From positions 129,044 through 193,043 of the forward strand of contig RDOA01000002.1 of assembly GCA_011364925.1 (NCBI GenBank): 64,000 nt of DNA, written 5' to 3'. Made by a program: the position numbers and the translations under genes. The stretch comes from Promethearchaeota archaeon (GTDB lineage: Archaea > Asgardarchaeota > Lokiarchaeia > Sigyniarchaeales > SOKP01). Each line of letters opens with the position of its first letter. The first letter of the stretch is position 1. Positions 51,176 to 60,159 of the stretch are shown piece after piece. The notes under the pieces were generated by a model. It made no database searches and was not told the DNA's origin. It worked only from the letters and a program-made list of their open reading frames with translations.

Positions 51176-52351
51176 ATGGATAAGTTTACTATAGATCAAA
51201 TAAACAATCTTCTTCTAAGCAAGCATCATCTCTCAAACGATTCTAAATGTGATGAAATAGTAAAAATTGCTGAAGATCTATGTGGTTTACACGGGACCGG
51301 CACGATCGAACCATATTTAAGTCTCTTTGTAAGAATGAACAATTTTAAAATAGAAGATCTGGATACCGAATTATACGATAAAAAGTCATTAGGGAAGATT
51401 CGCGGCATGAGGAAAACTCTATTTATCGAACCAAAAGAGCTCATTCCCATTGTACATAATGTTATTAAATCTCAGACAGCAAAAAGAGATAAAATGTATT
51501 TAGAAATCCGTGAAATTTCTAAAAACGAATACAAAACGCTATCAAACAAAATCATTAACTTAGTAAACGAAAAAGAAATGTCAACAACAGAACTCAAGCA
51601 ATCTTTAGAATCTCAAAAAGACATTGTTGCTGTTATTTCAGTGATGTGTGACGAGATGCTCATAATAAGAGGAAAACCCCTGAAAAGTTGGAGAGATAGG
51701 AGACTGTATTATGCCCCCTTTGATAAATATTTTCCAGAAGTTAACGTTGATAAGTACTCTGAATCTGAAGCAACAAAATTATTAATTGAGCGATATATCA
51801 AAAGCTACGGTCCCGTAACAGAAAACGATATAATCTGGTGGTTAGGAGTTACTAAAGGAAAGGTGCGATCAGCTTTAGATCAATTACATAGTACGCTTGA
51901 GTCTATAAAAATTGAAAATATTAGGCATGATTACTTGATTCATCCACAAGATATTAAAACACTCACTGCTATGAAGGATAGCAGCGAACCAGTAATTAAT
52001 GTTCTCCCAAATTTAGACCCATATTTAATGGGATATAAGGATCGCGAACGATACGTTGATCAAAATCGTTATGAACATATTTTTGACCGTTCAGGGAATG
52101 GTACTACAACCATTTTATTGGATGGAAAAGTTGTTGGAATCTGGGATGTTTACGAAAAACCAGAACCTCAGGCTAAGGTTCACTTGTTTAAAAAAATTGA
52201 TTCAAATTTAAACGAATTAAAAAGAGAAGTAGAGAAAATGGGTAAATTCATTACGGGTAAGGGTGTTTCCATACAATTTTGCGATAAGATGATGCCACTT
52301 ACTAAAAGAACAATGGGTGGTTTTATGAGCCCGCTTAAGGAATGTAATTAA
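51176..52351 (+). CDS. AlkZ/YcaQ-like (HTH_42) winged-helix DNA glycosylase family protein
   Basis: PYLSLFVR, MRKTLF, RYIKSYGPVTENDIIWWLG, LPNLDPYLMGYKDR, DGKVVGIW. Confidence 0.82.
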   Translation: MDKFTIDQINNLLLSKHHLSNDSKCDEIVKIAEDLCGLHGTGTIEPYLSLFVRMNNFKIEDLDTELYDKKSLGKIRGMRKTLFIEPKELIPIVHNVIKSQTAKRDKMYLEIREISKNEYKTLSNKIINLVNEKEMSTTELKQSLESQKDIVAVISVMCDEMLIIRGKPLKSWRDRRLYYAPFDKYFPEVNVDKYSESEATKLLIERYIKSYGPVTENDIIWWLGVTKGKVRSALDQLHSTLESIKIENIRHDYLIHPQDIKTLTAMKDSSEPVINVLPNLDPYLMGYKDRERYVDQNRYEHIFDRSGNGTTTILLDGKVVGIWDVYEKPEPQAKVHLFKKIDSNLNELKREVEKMGKFITGKGVSIQFCDKMMPLTKRTMGGFMSPLKECN

Positions 52352-52413
52352 ACTGTTTCTAATTAACAATTGAAAAGAATTGAATAAAAATAAAAATAAG
52401 TATAGAAAAAAAT

Positions 52414-52971
52414 TTATTTACTTCCAAATTCAGAAACGTCTCCAAATAGACGTTTAACAGCCTCAATTCGGGTTTCTTCTCCGATCTGTTCGACATTTTT
52501 CAAACTGATTGCTTCCTTTGGACAAACAGCGATACATTGAGGTTCTTTTCTACCAACTTCGGGATCGATATAATCTTCTTTCATGTTATCGCATAGATCA
52601 CATATGAGCGCTTTCTGGGACACAATATGTAAATTAATAACACCAAAATCACAAGCTCTAATGCAAAATGCACATCCATTGCACTTATCGTCGTCAACAA
52701 TTATGGAACCTGTCTCTTCGTCCTTTTCCAAAGCTTTTTCTGGACAAGCACGAATACATGGTGCGTCCTCACACTTTTGACACGCCAAGGCAATGTTGAA
52801 AACGGGTTCAATTCGAACTCTGTGGATTCGAGTATTTATAGGATTGAATTCTCCATCGTGAACAAAAGAGCATACTGACTCGCATGTTTCGCAGCCTGTA
52901 CATAGATCAGGATCGACTATTATGAACTGGTGCATCTTTCCTCCACGCTTCTTTGTAGCAGATCTGGACAT
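52414..52971 (-). CDS. 4Fe-4S dicluster electron-transfer subunit associated with AOR
   Basis: CTGCETCESVC, CQKCEDAPCIRACP, CNGCAFCIRAC, CDLC...CIAVCP. Confidence 0.88.
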   Translation of the reverse strand: MSRSATKKRGGKMHQFIIVDPDLCTGCETCESVCSFVHDGEFNPINTRIHRVRIEPVFNIALACQKCEDAPCIRACPEKALEKDEETGSIIVDDDKCNGCAFCIRACDFGVINLHIVSQKALICDLCDNMKEDYIDPEVGRKEPQCIAVCPKEAISLKNVEQIGEETRIEAVKRLFGDVSEFGSK

Positions 52972-52972
52972 T

Positions 52973-54907
52973 CTACTTCTTACCTCCCGCTGGTTTCAGT
53001 TTTCCAATAACAAAATCTAAACCTAAGCTTTTAAGAGTTTCATCCGTAGGAATCCCTGTCTTTGGATCCCAACCGCGAGCCTCGTAATATCCACTTAAAA
53101 GCTTCTGAAATCCCTCTTCTTGCAGGACAACACCCTTAGCAGGACCTTTGGTGTGTGCTTCTTTGAAGAACTTCTCAGGAGGATGATCATCAGCTCTGGT
53201 CCAACCTTCTCTAATATTGAAGCACTTTGAAAGGTTTAAGATAGCAGCTCCTCGTTCATTAATCGATTCTTCGGTGTGTGGAATACCGGTAACTAATTCG
53301 TAAACTTTAGCCATCTCTGCGTCATTTTCGTAAATACCACGGGTGAATTTACAGATTATATACGAATCAATTATTGCATAGATATCTTCAAGTCCAATTA
53401 TTGCTTTACCACGCTCAAGTGGTTTATCGTATCCGAATCGATCAAAATTCCCTTTAGCATCAAGACCATATGAACCGTTTCTCAAATGACACGCTCCTCT
53501 TATAGATACGCTTTCTCCAACGGCAAAACTCGTCATTCCGTGAAGATCGAACGCGGGCATTTCTAAGCCCTTGATATGCATTCCATAATAACTTGCGTTT
53601 TTTCTTCCCTTTTCTTCTAGCCTGATACCCGCTTGTCTGCAGCCATCCCCAAAGATTTCTCCCGCAAAGCCTTTTCCAAGAATCATTTCTTCCGTGAACC
53701 GGGCTAGGTTAGTAGTAGAGCCAAAAGGTAATTCGTAGCCAAGATCTTTTTTGGTGATTAATCCAACTTCAAAAAGCTCGCAAGCCATACTAGCTGTTAC
53801 CCCGCCACTAATAGCGTCTATCCCCAAATCATCACATAAGGACACGCATTTGAATACTGTTGGCCAATCGGAGCAACCAGTATTCGTACCGAAGGAGTAG
53901 CACATTTCAACATCAATTGAGGCTACTAAATTTGGATATTCAGGGTGAGTTTTAGGCACTCTCGCAATATGATCGCAAGCAATTGAGCATTGGGAGCACG
54001 CAACCTTTTTGACAACCCAATCTTGGTTAAGAGTGTCTCCTGAAAATGCTCCATTATCGATCTCTTCCCACGTGCCTTCACGATAATTCCTGGTAGGCAT
54101 CATTCCGAGCTTATTGTAGCTAGTTAACCCAGCAGGAGTTCCTAAATCACGATACTTAGCCGTTGCGGGACCGTTAGCTACTTTAATTAGTTTTTTCGCT
54201 ATTTTATAAAATTCAACGGGATGAGCAACTTTTATTCCTTTTGTACCTCGAAACGCTATTGCTTTCAGATTTTTGCTCCCCATAACTGCCCCCATTCCTG
54301 TACGACCTGCTTGTCGATTTCTATCGTTTGTGATACACGCAAGTCTGCTCAATCGTTCTCCTGCCGGTCCAATTGACATCACAGCGAGTCTATGATCTTG
54401 AAATTCTTCTCTTAGAAGTTCTTCTGTTTCAAAAGCTCCTTTACCCCATACGGTTTTTTCACACGGTTCAAGGTAGTAATCATCGTCGTCTACAACCAGG
54501 TATACTGGTTCAGGGGCTTTTCCTTTAATTACAATTGTATTAATCCCAGCTCTTCGCGCTTGAGCTCCGACTGAACCAGAAGAAATAGCCATGCCAAACA
54601 TGTTTGTTAACGGAGATTTGGCAAAGACACCGTATTTCGAACTTGTTGGCAAAATAGTTGTTGGAAAAGGACCATGAGCGTATACAAAAACATTTTCAGG
54701 ACCTAATGGGTCCACACCTGGTTTAAGCTCGTCCCAAAGGATTTTAGCACCAAATCCATACCCACCGATCCAGTCTCGACAAAACTCGCTAGATAACGTG
54801 GACTTTGAGATTTTTCCGTCCGTTAAGTCGACGTCGAGCCTTACTTGGGAGTATCCTTTGACTTCGCTAGGTAAAGATATATCTTTAGCCTTACTCATGA
54901 TTTTCAC
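52973..54907 (-). CDS. Tungsten-containing aldehyde:ferredoxin oxidoreductase family protein
   Basis: KSPLT, IGPAGE, GRTGMGAVMGSKNLKAI, CxxCxxxC, DDLGIDAIS, YYEARGWD. Confidence 0.9.
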   Translation of the reverse strand: MKIMSKAKDISLPSEVKGYSQVRLDVDLTDGKISKSTLSSEFCRDWIGGYGFGAKILWDELKPGVDPLGPENVFVYAHGPFPTTILPTSSKYGVFAKSPLTNMFGMAISSGSVGAQARRAGINTIVIKGKAPEPVYLVVDDDDYYLEPCEKTVWGKGAFETEELLREEFQDHRLAVMSIGPAGERLSRLACITNDRNRQAGRTGMGAVMGSKNLKAIAFRGTKGIKVAHPVEFYKIAKKLIKVANGPATAKYRDLGTPAGLTSYNKLGMMPTRNYREGTWEEIDNGAFSGDTLNQDWVVKKVACSQCSIACDHIARVPKTHPEYPNLVASIDVEMCYSFGTNTGCSDWPTVFKCVSLCDDLGIDAISGGVTASMACELFEVGLITKKDLGYELPFGSTTNLARFTEEMILGKGFAGEIFGDGCRQAGIRLEEKGRKNASYYGMHIKGLEMPAFDLHGMTSFAVGESVSIRGACHLRNGSYGLDAKGNFDRFGYDKPLERGKAIIGLEDIYAIIDSYIICKFTRGIYENDAEMAKVYELVTGIPHTEESINERGAAILNLSKCFNIREGWTRADDHPPEKFFKEAHTKGPAKGVVLQEEGFQKLLSGYYEARGWDPKTGIPTDETLKSLGLDFVIGKLKPAGGKK

Positions 54908-55123
54908 TAAATTTTATTTTTGATTTTTTTTAGTTTAGAGAGTTAATATTTATAATAGATTATTACTATTTATTAGGTTATTTGTTAAGTTTGACAACTT
55001 CTACCTTAATTAAAATTGGAATCATGAATTAATCGTAAATTAAAAAAAAAAAATTGAGCTTGAAAATACTTGCCTTCGATCTGATGTAGTGAAATCAGAG
55101 TGAGAAAATAGATTAATCACTAA

Positions 55124-56314
55124 TTAAGTATACGATCTTTTCATAAAAGTCCAGCTATTGCTGCTATAAGAGTATATCCACGTATCTCCGAGCGTGATAT
55201 CTACAAATCGGAAACCTCCAAACAAAACCGCTTTCCTTGTGCTGGGATCGTAAACCGTTGAAGGTTCCATCCTATTGGAAGGGTGGCTTGAAGGGAAAAC
55301 TTCCGACCATATATTAGTAGAAGGATTAAAAATCCAAGTGTCATCTAACGCATCTCCTGGTGCTCCAGTGTGTCTTCCACCAAAAACTATTACGTTATGA
55401 TAATGAGAATCGTACACCATTCCATGCCAATATCGCGTGTCTGGGTTACCCGTGGTGCTTAACTCCACCCAGGTATTATTTCCGTAGTAATAAACCCACG
55501 CATCGTTCTGAGGCGTTGTTGTTCGACCCCCAAAGAGGAGTATTCTTTGGTTAATTGGGTCATAAACCATTCTTGCACCATACCTACCTGAAGGGCTAGT
55601 AGTTGGATGGAGTTCTGTCCATGAATTACTCAGATAATCAAATGCCCATGTATCGTTAAAATGAGGACCTACACTGCGATAACCTCCAAATAAGATTACT
55701 TTATGAAATATAGGATCGTAACACATCGCTTGGCTTTGTCTTAAGGCAGGTGAAAGTGTAGGTGATACATTAGTCCATTGATTGGATTGAGAATCGTATA
55801 CCCATGTATCGTTCATCAATCCCACAGCTTCGTTCCAACCTCCAAAAAGAATTGTTTTCTGATTAAAAGAGTCGTATACCATAAGAAGTCCCGATCTTGC
55901 CGTAGGTTTGGTAGTTGGAAAAATCTCAGTCCATAAATTACTCGCAGAATCATAAGTCCACATATCATTAAATACTTTGTATCCTGATTGATCCTGAGAT
56001 CCTCCTCCAAAAATTACAGTTCTTTGTAATTGGGGGTCGTAAACTGCTCCGAAGCTTAACCTAGCGACAGGAGTCTGGCTATCTTGAATGTAAATATTAA
56101 GATAGATCGCTACTAACCCAATTGTTATTGCGATTACGCCCAATCCAACTGTGAAGTATTCAAATTTCCTCATTTTAAGAAAATTTCCCATGGTTACATC
56201 AATTGGGTTCTTAATTAAACTATAATAATGATTCTTGGTAACCTTATATATATTTCTTTTAGTTCTGTTGGATAACAATAACACCCAAAACCTTTTTATT
56301 GATAATAAAAGCAT
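55124..56314 (-). CDS. Membrane-anchored kelch-repeat beta-propeller protein
   Basis: Six repeats of R..MVYD...LFGG...NDTWxY...W; TM near the N-terminus; true start probably downstream of the track start. Confidence 0.85.
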   Translation of the reverse strand: MLLLSIKRFWVLLLSNRTKRNIYKVTKNHYYSLIKNPIDVTMGNFLKMRKFEYFTVGLGVIAITIGLVAIYLNIYIQDSQTPVARLSFGAVYDPQLQRTVIFGGGSQDQSGYKVFNDMWTYDSASNLWTEIFPTTKPTARSGLLMVYDSFNQKTILFGGWNEAVGLMNDTWVYDSQSNQWTNVSPTLSPALRQSQAMCYDPIFHKVILFGGYRSVGPHFNDTWAFDYLSNSWTELHPTTSPSGRYGARMVYDPINQRILLFGGRTTTPQNDAWVYYYGNNTWVELSTTGNPDTRYWHGMVYDSHYHNVIVFGGRHTGAPGDALDDTWIFNPSTNIWSEVFPSSHPSNRMEPSTVYDPSTRKAVLFGGFRFVDITLGDTWIYSYSSNSWTFMKRSYT

Positions 56315-56371
56315 ATTTAAACTTCTCTAAATTATAATTAACAATAAAACTAAGACTATTATAGGATTCAT

Positions 56372-59131
56372 ATGACCGAAACGACAGATAAAAGCGTAAG
56401 CGAGAAGGGTGATAAAATACTCTCAAGCAATATCATAAAAAATGTTATCGCGAACGCAAATTATTGTTATAATTGTAATCGCTGCGTAAATGTATGTCCC
56501 GTTTCTTACCTAGATTTATTCTATCCGAGAAATTTGATCACGGACTTAACATTTTTAACTCCAGAAGAAGCGTTAGATAATAATAATATCTGGGATTGTC
56601 TAACATGCGGATTATGCACAGAGTATTGTCCAATGACTAAAGATAAAACGGGCGTGAATTTTACTGAGATTATTAAGGAACTTCGAACATTAACATCAGA
56701 ATACGAACCATTGCAAGAAACTCTACGTAGTTGCAATCACGATCGAGTGTATTCGAGCATTCCAAAATTAATGGCAGACGATAAGATCAAATTTACCAAT
56801 AAGCTTGGCTTCTTGCAAGGTACAAATCTTAAAACAAGAACTCAAGGGGAAATCGCTTATTTCGTGGGTTGCGTTCCAATTTTGACTGGAACTGCACCAT
56901 GTGTCGTTGGGTGTCCAGCCGAAGTTGATGTTCAAGGGTACGTTTCATTAATATCCGAAGGTAAGTTCCAAGAAGCTTTAGATTTAATAAGAGAAATGAA
57001 TCCATTACCTTACTTATGCGGTCGAATATGTACTGCACAATGTGCCTTAAATTGCAATCGACAGCATCACGATGATCCAGTTGCAATTCGAGAGTTGAAA
57101 CGTTTCGTTACTGATTACGAAGTTGCTCATCCAAACAAAAGTACAATAAAGCCAGTCAAACAAACCAAAGAAAAAGTAGCGATTATAGGAGCTGGACCTG
57201 GAGGATTATCTGCTGCTTATTACCTGGCAAGAATGGGATATAAACCAACAATCTTCGAAAAAGGTGATAAAGCAGGTGGCGTCGTAAGATATGGCGTGCC
57301 TCAATACAGACTATCAGATGAAGCACTAGATCACGATATCGATTTCATAAAAAGTATGGGAGTCGAGATAGTATTAAATAAAGAGTTTGGAGCTGATTTT
57401 ACTCTAAAAGATCTCAAAAAGCAAGGATTTGAAGCAGTATTTCTCGCAGTAGGTTTATATATCCCAAAAACTTTAAGATTAGAAGGAGAAGACTTGCCTA
57501 ATGTTCATGTCGCATTAGATTTTCTCTTAGATCGTAAATACAAATGTGCTGAAAATCCTGAAGAATTTAAAGGTAAAACCTTTGGAATAATTGGAGGCGG
57601 AGCAGTTGCCGTTGATGTTGGTGAAACTGCTGTGAGATTGGGAGCAAAAAAAGTTGATTTGGTGGATATTTTAACTAAAGAGGCTCTTAAAAATGTGTTA
57701 AAAGACTTGCACGAAGCTGAAAAAGAGATCATGGAGTATCATTTTGCTACATCAACTAAAAATATAACTCAAGAACCTAATGGAAAATTAGCCTTGAACT
57801 GTTATACGATTGAGTGGGGCGATCCCGACCCCGAAACTGGAAGAAGACCTCTAACCAAAGTTGAAGGTTCTGACTTCAAAATAGTTGTTGACTATATAGT
57901 CACAGCTATAGGGCAAGGACTTGATCTAGAACCATTAAATGCTGCAACTGATAATCAATTAAAATTAGAGAGAGGAAAAATAGTTGTCGACGATTTAACG
58001 CTTGAAACAAGTATACCAGGCGTTTTTGCTGGTGGGGATATAATCTTTGATTCATTAATGTGCGCTGTTGATGCAATTGGAGATGGAAGAGAAGCAGCAT
58101 ATTCAATAGATCGCTATTTGCGAGGAGTAAATTTAAAAGAAGGAAGGATTAGTAAAAAGAATTTTAAGCGTTCTACGATACCTAAGAAGTATATTCAAGT
58201 TAATGCTTGTCAAGAAATGAATTTTATGCCAAGTGAAGAAAGACTAGTCTGTTTTGACGAGATGGAGTTAGGTTATACAGAAGAACAAGCAAAGAAGGAA
58301 GCAAATAGATGCTTAAACTGCAATTGTTGTTGTAACACTGACCAAATCCCTGAAGATTATGCTGCGGGGCTAGATTCGTCAGGAATTATGGTTTGCAACT
58401 ACGGAAACCAGAGTAACATGAATTCATATAACGCACCAGATTATCTCGCAATTCCAAAAAGCATAATCGGAATTTTGAATCACAATGAAATTGTACCTGT
58501 CGTTTTACCAGAGGAAAAGTGCTGCGGACACGATCTCATATGGGAAGGGGACACAGAATCGTTTGAAAAGTTAGCAAGATATAATGTCAAATTATTTAAG
58601 GATGCTGGAGTGAAAACAATCGTTTTTAGTTGTCCTGAAGGTTACTATACTTGGAATAACGATTACAGACACCTATTTAAGAAGAGCGAAGAATTTGACT
58701 TTGAACTGTATCATATATCAGAGTATATTCTGAAAGAGAATCTCTTAGAAGAAATGTCCTTTCCGAATTTAGGAGAGATAAAAGTAACCTACCACGATCC
58801 ATGTAGGCTTGGTCGCATGAGCGATATATATGATGCGCCTCGTGAAGTCTTGAAGCAAATTCCAGGCATAAAATTGCTTGAAATGGAAAATAATAAAGTT
58901 AATGCCGATTGTTGTGGCGTATCTGCTTACATTTCTTGCAATCAAAATTCTAAGCTTTTGCAAGAATCAAGAATAAAACAGGCAATAGAAACGGGTGCTG
59001 AGTACTTAATTACAACTTGTCCAAAATGTTTAACACATCTAAATTGTTACCTAAACGAAAATAAAGAGTTAAAAAGTAAAATTAAGGTAATTGATTTGCT
59101 GACTTTTATTGGTAAAATGCTCTTTATGTAA
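56372..59131 (+). CDS. HdrC/HdrD-like (Fe-S and CCG domain) protein with nested GltD/NfnB-type flavoprotein module
   Basis: CYNCNRCVNVCP, WDCLTCGLCTEYCP, AYFVGC; insert APCVVGCP...GAGPGG...FAGGD...RCLNC; then EKCCG, SCPEG, TYHDPCRLGR, CCG, TTCPKC. Confidence 0.85.
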   Translation: MTETTDKSVSEKGDKILSSNIIKNVIANANYCYNCNRCVNVCPVSYLDLFYPRNLITDLTFLTPEEALDNNNIWDCLTCGLCTEYCPMTKDKTGVNFTEIIKELRTLTSEYEPLQETLRSCNHDRVYSSIPKLMADDKIKFTNKLGFLQGTNLKTRTQGEIAYFVGCVPILTGTAPCVVGCPAEVDVQGYVSLISEGKFQEALDLIREMNPLPYLCGRICTAQCALNCNRQHHDDPVAIRELKRFVTDYEVAHPNKSTIKPVKQTKEKVAIIGAGPGGLSAAYYLARMGYKPTIFEKGDKAGGVVRYGVPQYRLSDEALDHDIDFIKSMGVEIVLNKEFGADFTLKDLKKQGFEAVFLAVGLYIPKTLRLEGEDLPNVHVALDFLLDRKYKCAENPEEFKGKTFGIIGGGAVAVDVGETAVRLGAKKVDLVDILTKEALKNVLKDLHEAEKEIMEYHFATSTKNITQEPNGKLALNCYTIEWGDPDPETGRRPLTKVEGSDFKIVVDYIVTAIGQGLDLEPLNAATDNQLKLERGKIVVDDLTLETSIPGVFAGGDIIFDSLMCAVDAIGDGREAAYSIDRYLRGVNLKEGRISKKNFKRSTIPKKYIQVNACQEMNFMPSEERLVCFDEMELGYTEEQAKKEANRCLNCNCCCNTDQIPEDYAAGLDSSGIMVCNYGNQSNMNSYNAPDYLAIPKSIIGILNHNEIVPVVLPEEKCCGHDLIWEGDTESFEKLARYNVKLFKDAGVKTIVFSCPEGYYTWNNDYRHLFKKSEEFDFELYHISEYILKENLLEEMSFPNLGEIKVTYHDPCRLGRMSDIYDAPREVLKQIPGIKLLEMENNKVNADCCGVSAYISCNQNSKLLQESRIKQAIETGAEYLITTCPKCLTHLNCYLNENKELKSKIKVIDLLTFIGKMLFM

Positions 59132-59270
59132 TAAATTTAGTTTAATTACCAATCTTTATTAATTTTTAAAACCCATTCTTTTCCATCTAATCATAACAAC
59201 TTAAATAATTTTAAACTTTAATTCACATAGAAATAGGGTATTAATATATAAGTAGGAGTATCGATTAAAT

Positions 59271-60155
59271 TTGCCTTTCGAAATTCTCGAAAAGACGGAG
59301 CTTGGAACGAGTGGAACAATTTTTGAAATGGTGGTGAAAACACCATTAATCGCTAAAAAAGCATATGCAGGTAACTTTGTCCTTATTAGGGTAAACGAAA
59401 CTGGTGAAAGAATTCCACTTACAATAGCCGATTACGATAGAGAAAAAGGAACGATAACGCTAGTAATTCAAGTGGTTGGTAAAAGCACGAAATTACTATG
59501 CAACCAAAAAGTTGGGGATAAGATCCTTGATGTTGTAGGACCGTTAGGGAATAGAATCCATGTTGAGAAATATGAACATCCCATCGTAATTATCGGTGGT
59601 GGAATAGGGATTGCTCCTTGTTATCCTCAAGCAAAAGAGTTAAAAGAAGCAGGTAATAAAATAATCACGATTTTGGGTGCTCGAAGTAGAGGATTACTGA
59701 TTTGGAAAGATAGAATAAACTCTGTTAGCGACGAATTAATCATTACAACCGACGATGGAAGCGAAGGGATTAAAGGAGTTGTCACTGATCCCTTAAAAGA
59801 AATTCTTAAGAATAAAGAAATAAGCTTAGTTATTGCGATTGGACCTTTAATAATGATGAAATTCGTTGTGATGGCGACGAATGGTTCGGAGGGATTACCT
59901 AAAGTAAAGACATACGTTTCTTTGAACACCATTATGATCGATGGAACAGGTATGTGTGGATGTTGTCGATTCTCTACTCTTGAAGGTGATATTAAATTTG
60001 CGTGCGTTGATGGACCAGATGTAGACGGTCACATCATAGATTTTGATAACCTTTTGAAGCGTGCCAATAGGTTTCTTGATAAAGAAAAGTATTCATTAGA
60101 ATGTTACGATGATGAATGTAGAGCTTTAGAAAAATATAAAAAGGAGGCGTTTTAA
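59271..60155 (+). CDS. nfnA: NfnA/SudB-like FAD and [2Fe-2S] subunit
   Basis: GERIPLTIAD, VVGPLG, GGGIGIAP, TDDGS, IDGTGMCGCCR...FACVDGP. Confidence 0.88.
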   Translation: MPFEILEKTELGTSGTIFEMVVKTPLIAKKAYAGNFVLIRVNETGERIPLTIADYDREKGTITLVIQVVGKSTKLLCNQKVGDKILDVVGPLGNRIHVEKYEHPIVIIGGGIGIAPCYPQAKELKEAGNKIITILGARSRGLLIWKDRINSVSDELIITTDDGSEGIKGVVTDPLKEILKNKEISLVIAIGPLIMMKFVVMATNGSEGLPKVKTYVSLNTIMIDGTGMCGCCRFSTLEGDIKFACVDGPDVDGHIIDFDNLLKRANRFLDKEKYSLECYDDECRALEKYKKEAF

Positions 60156-60159
60156 ACTG

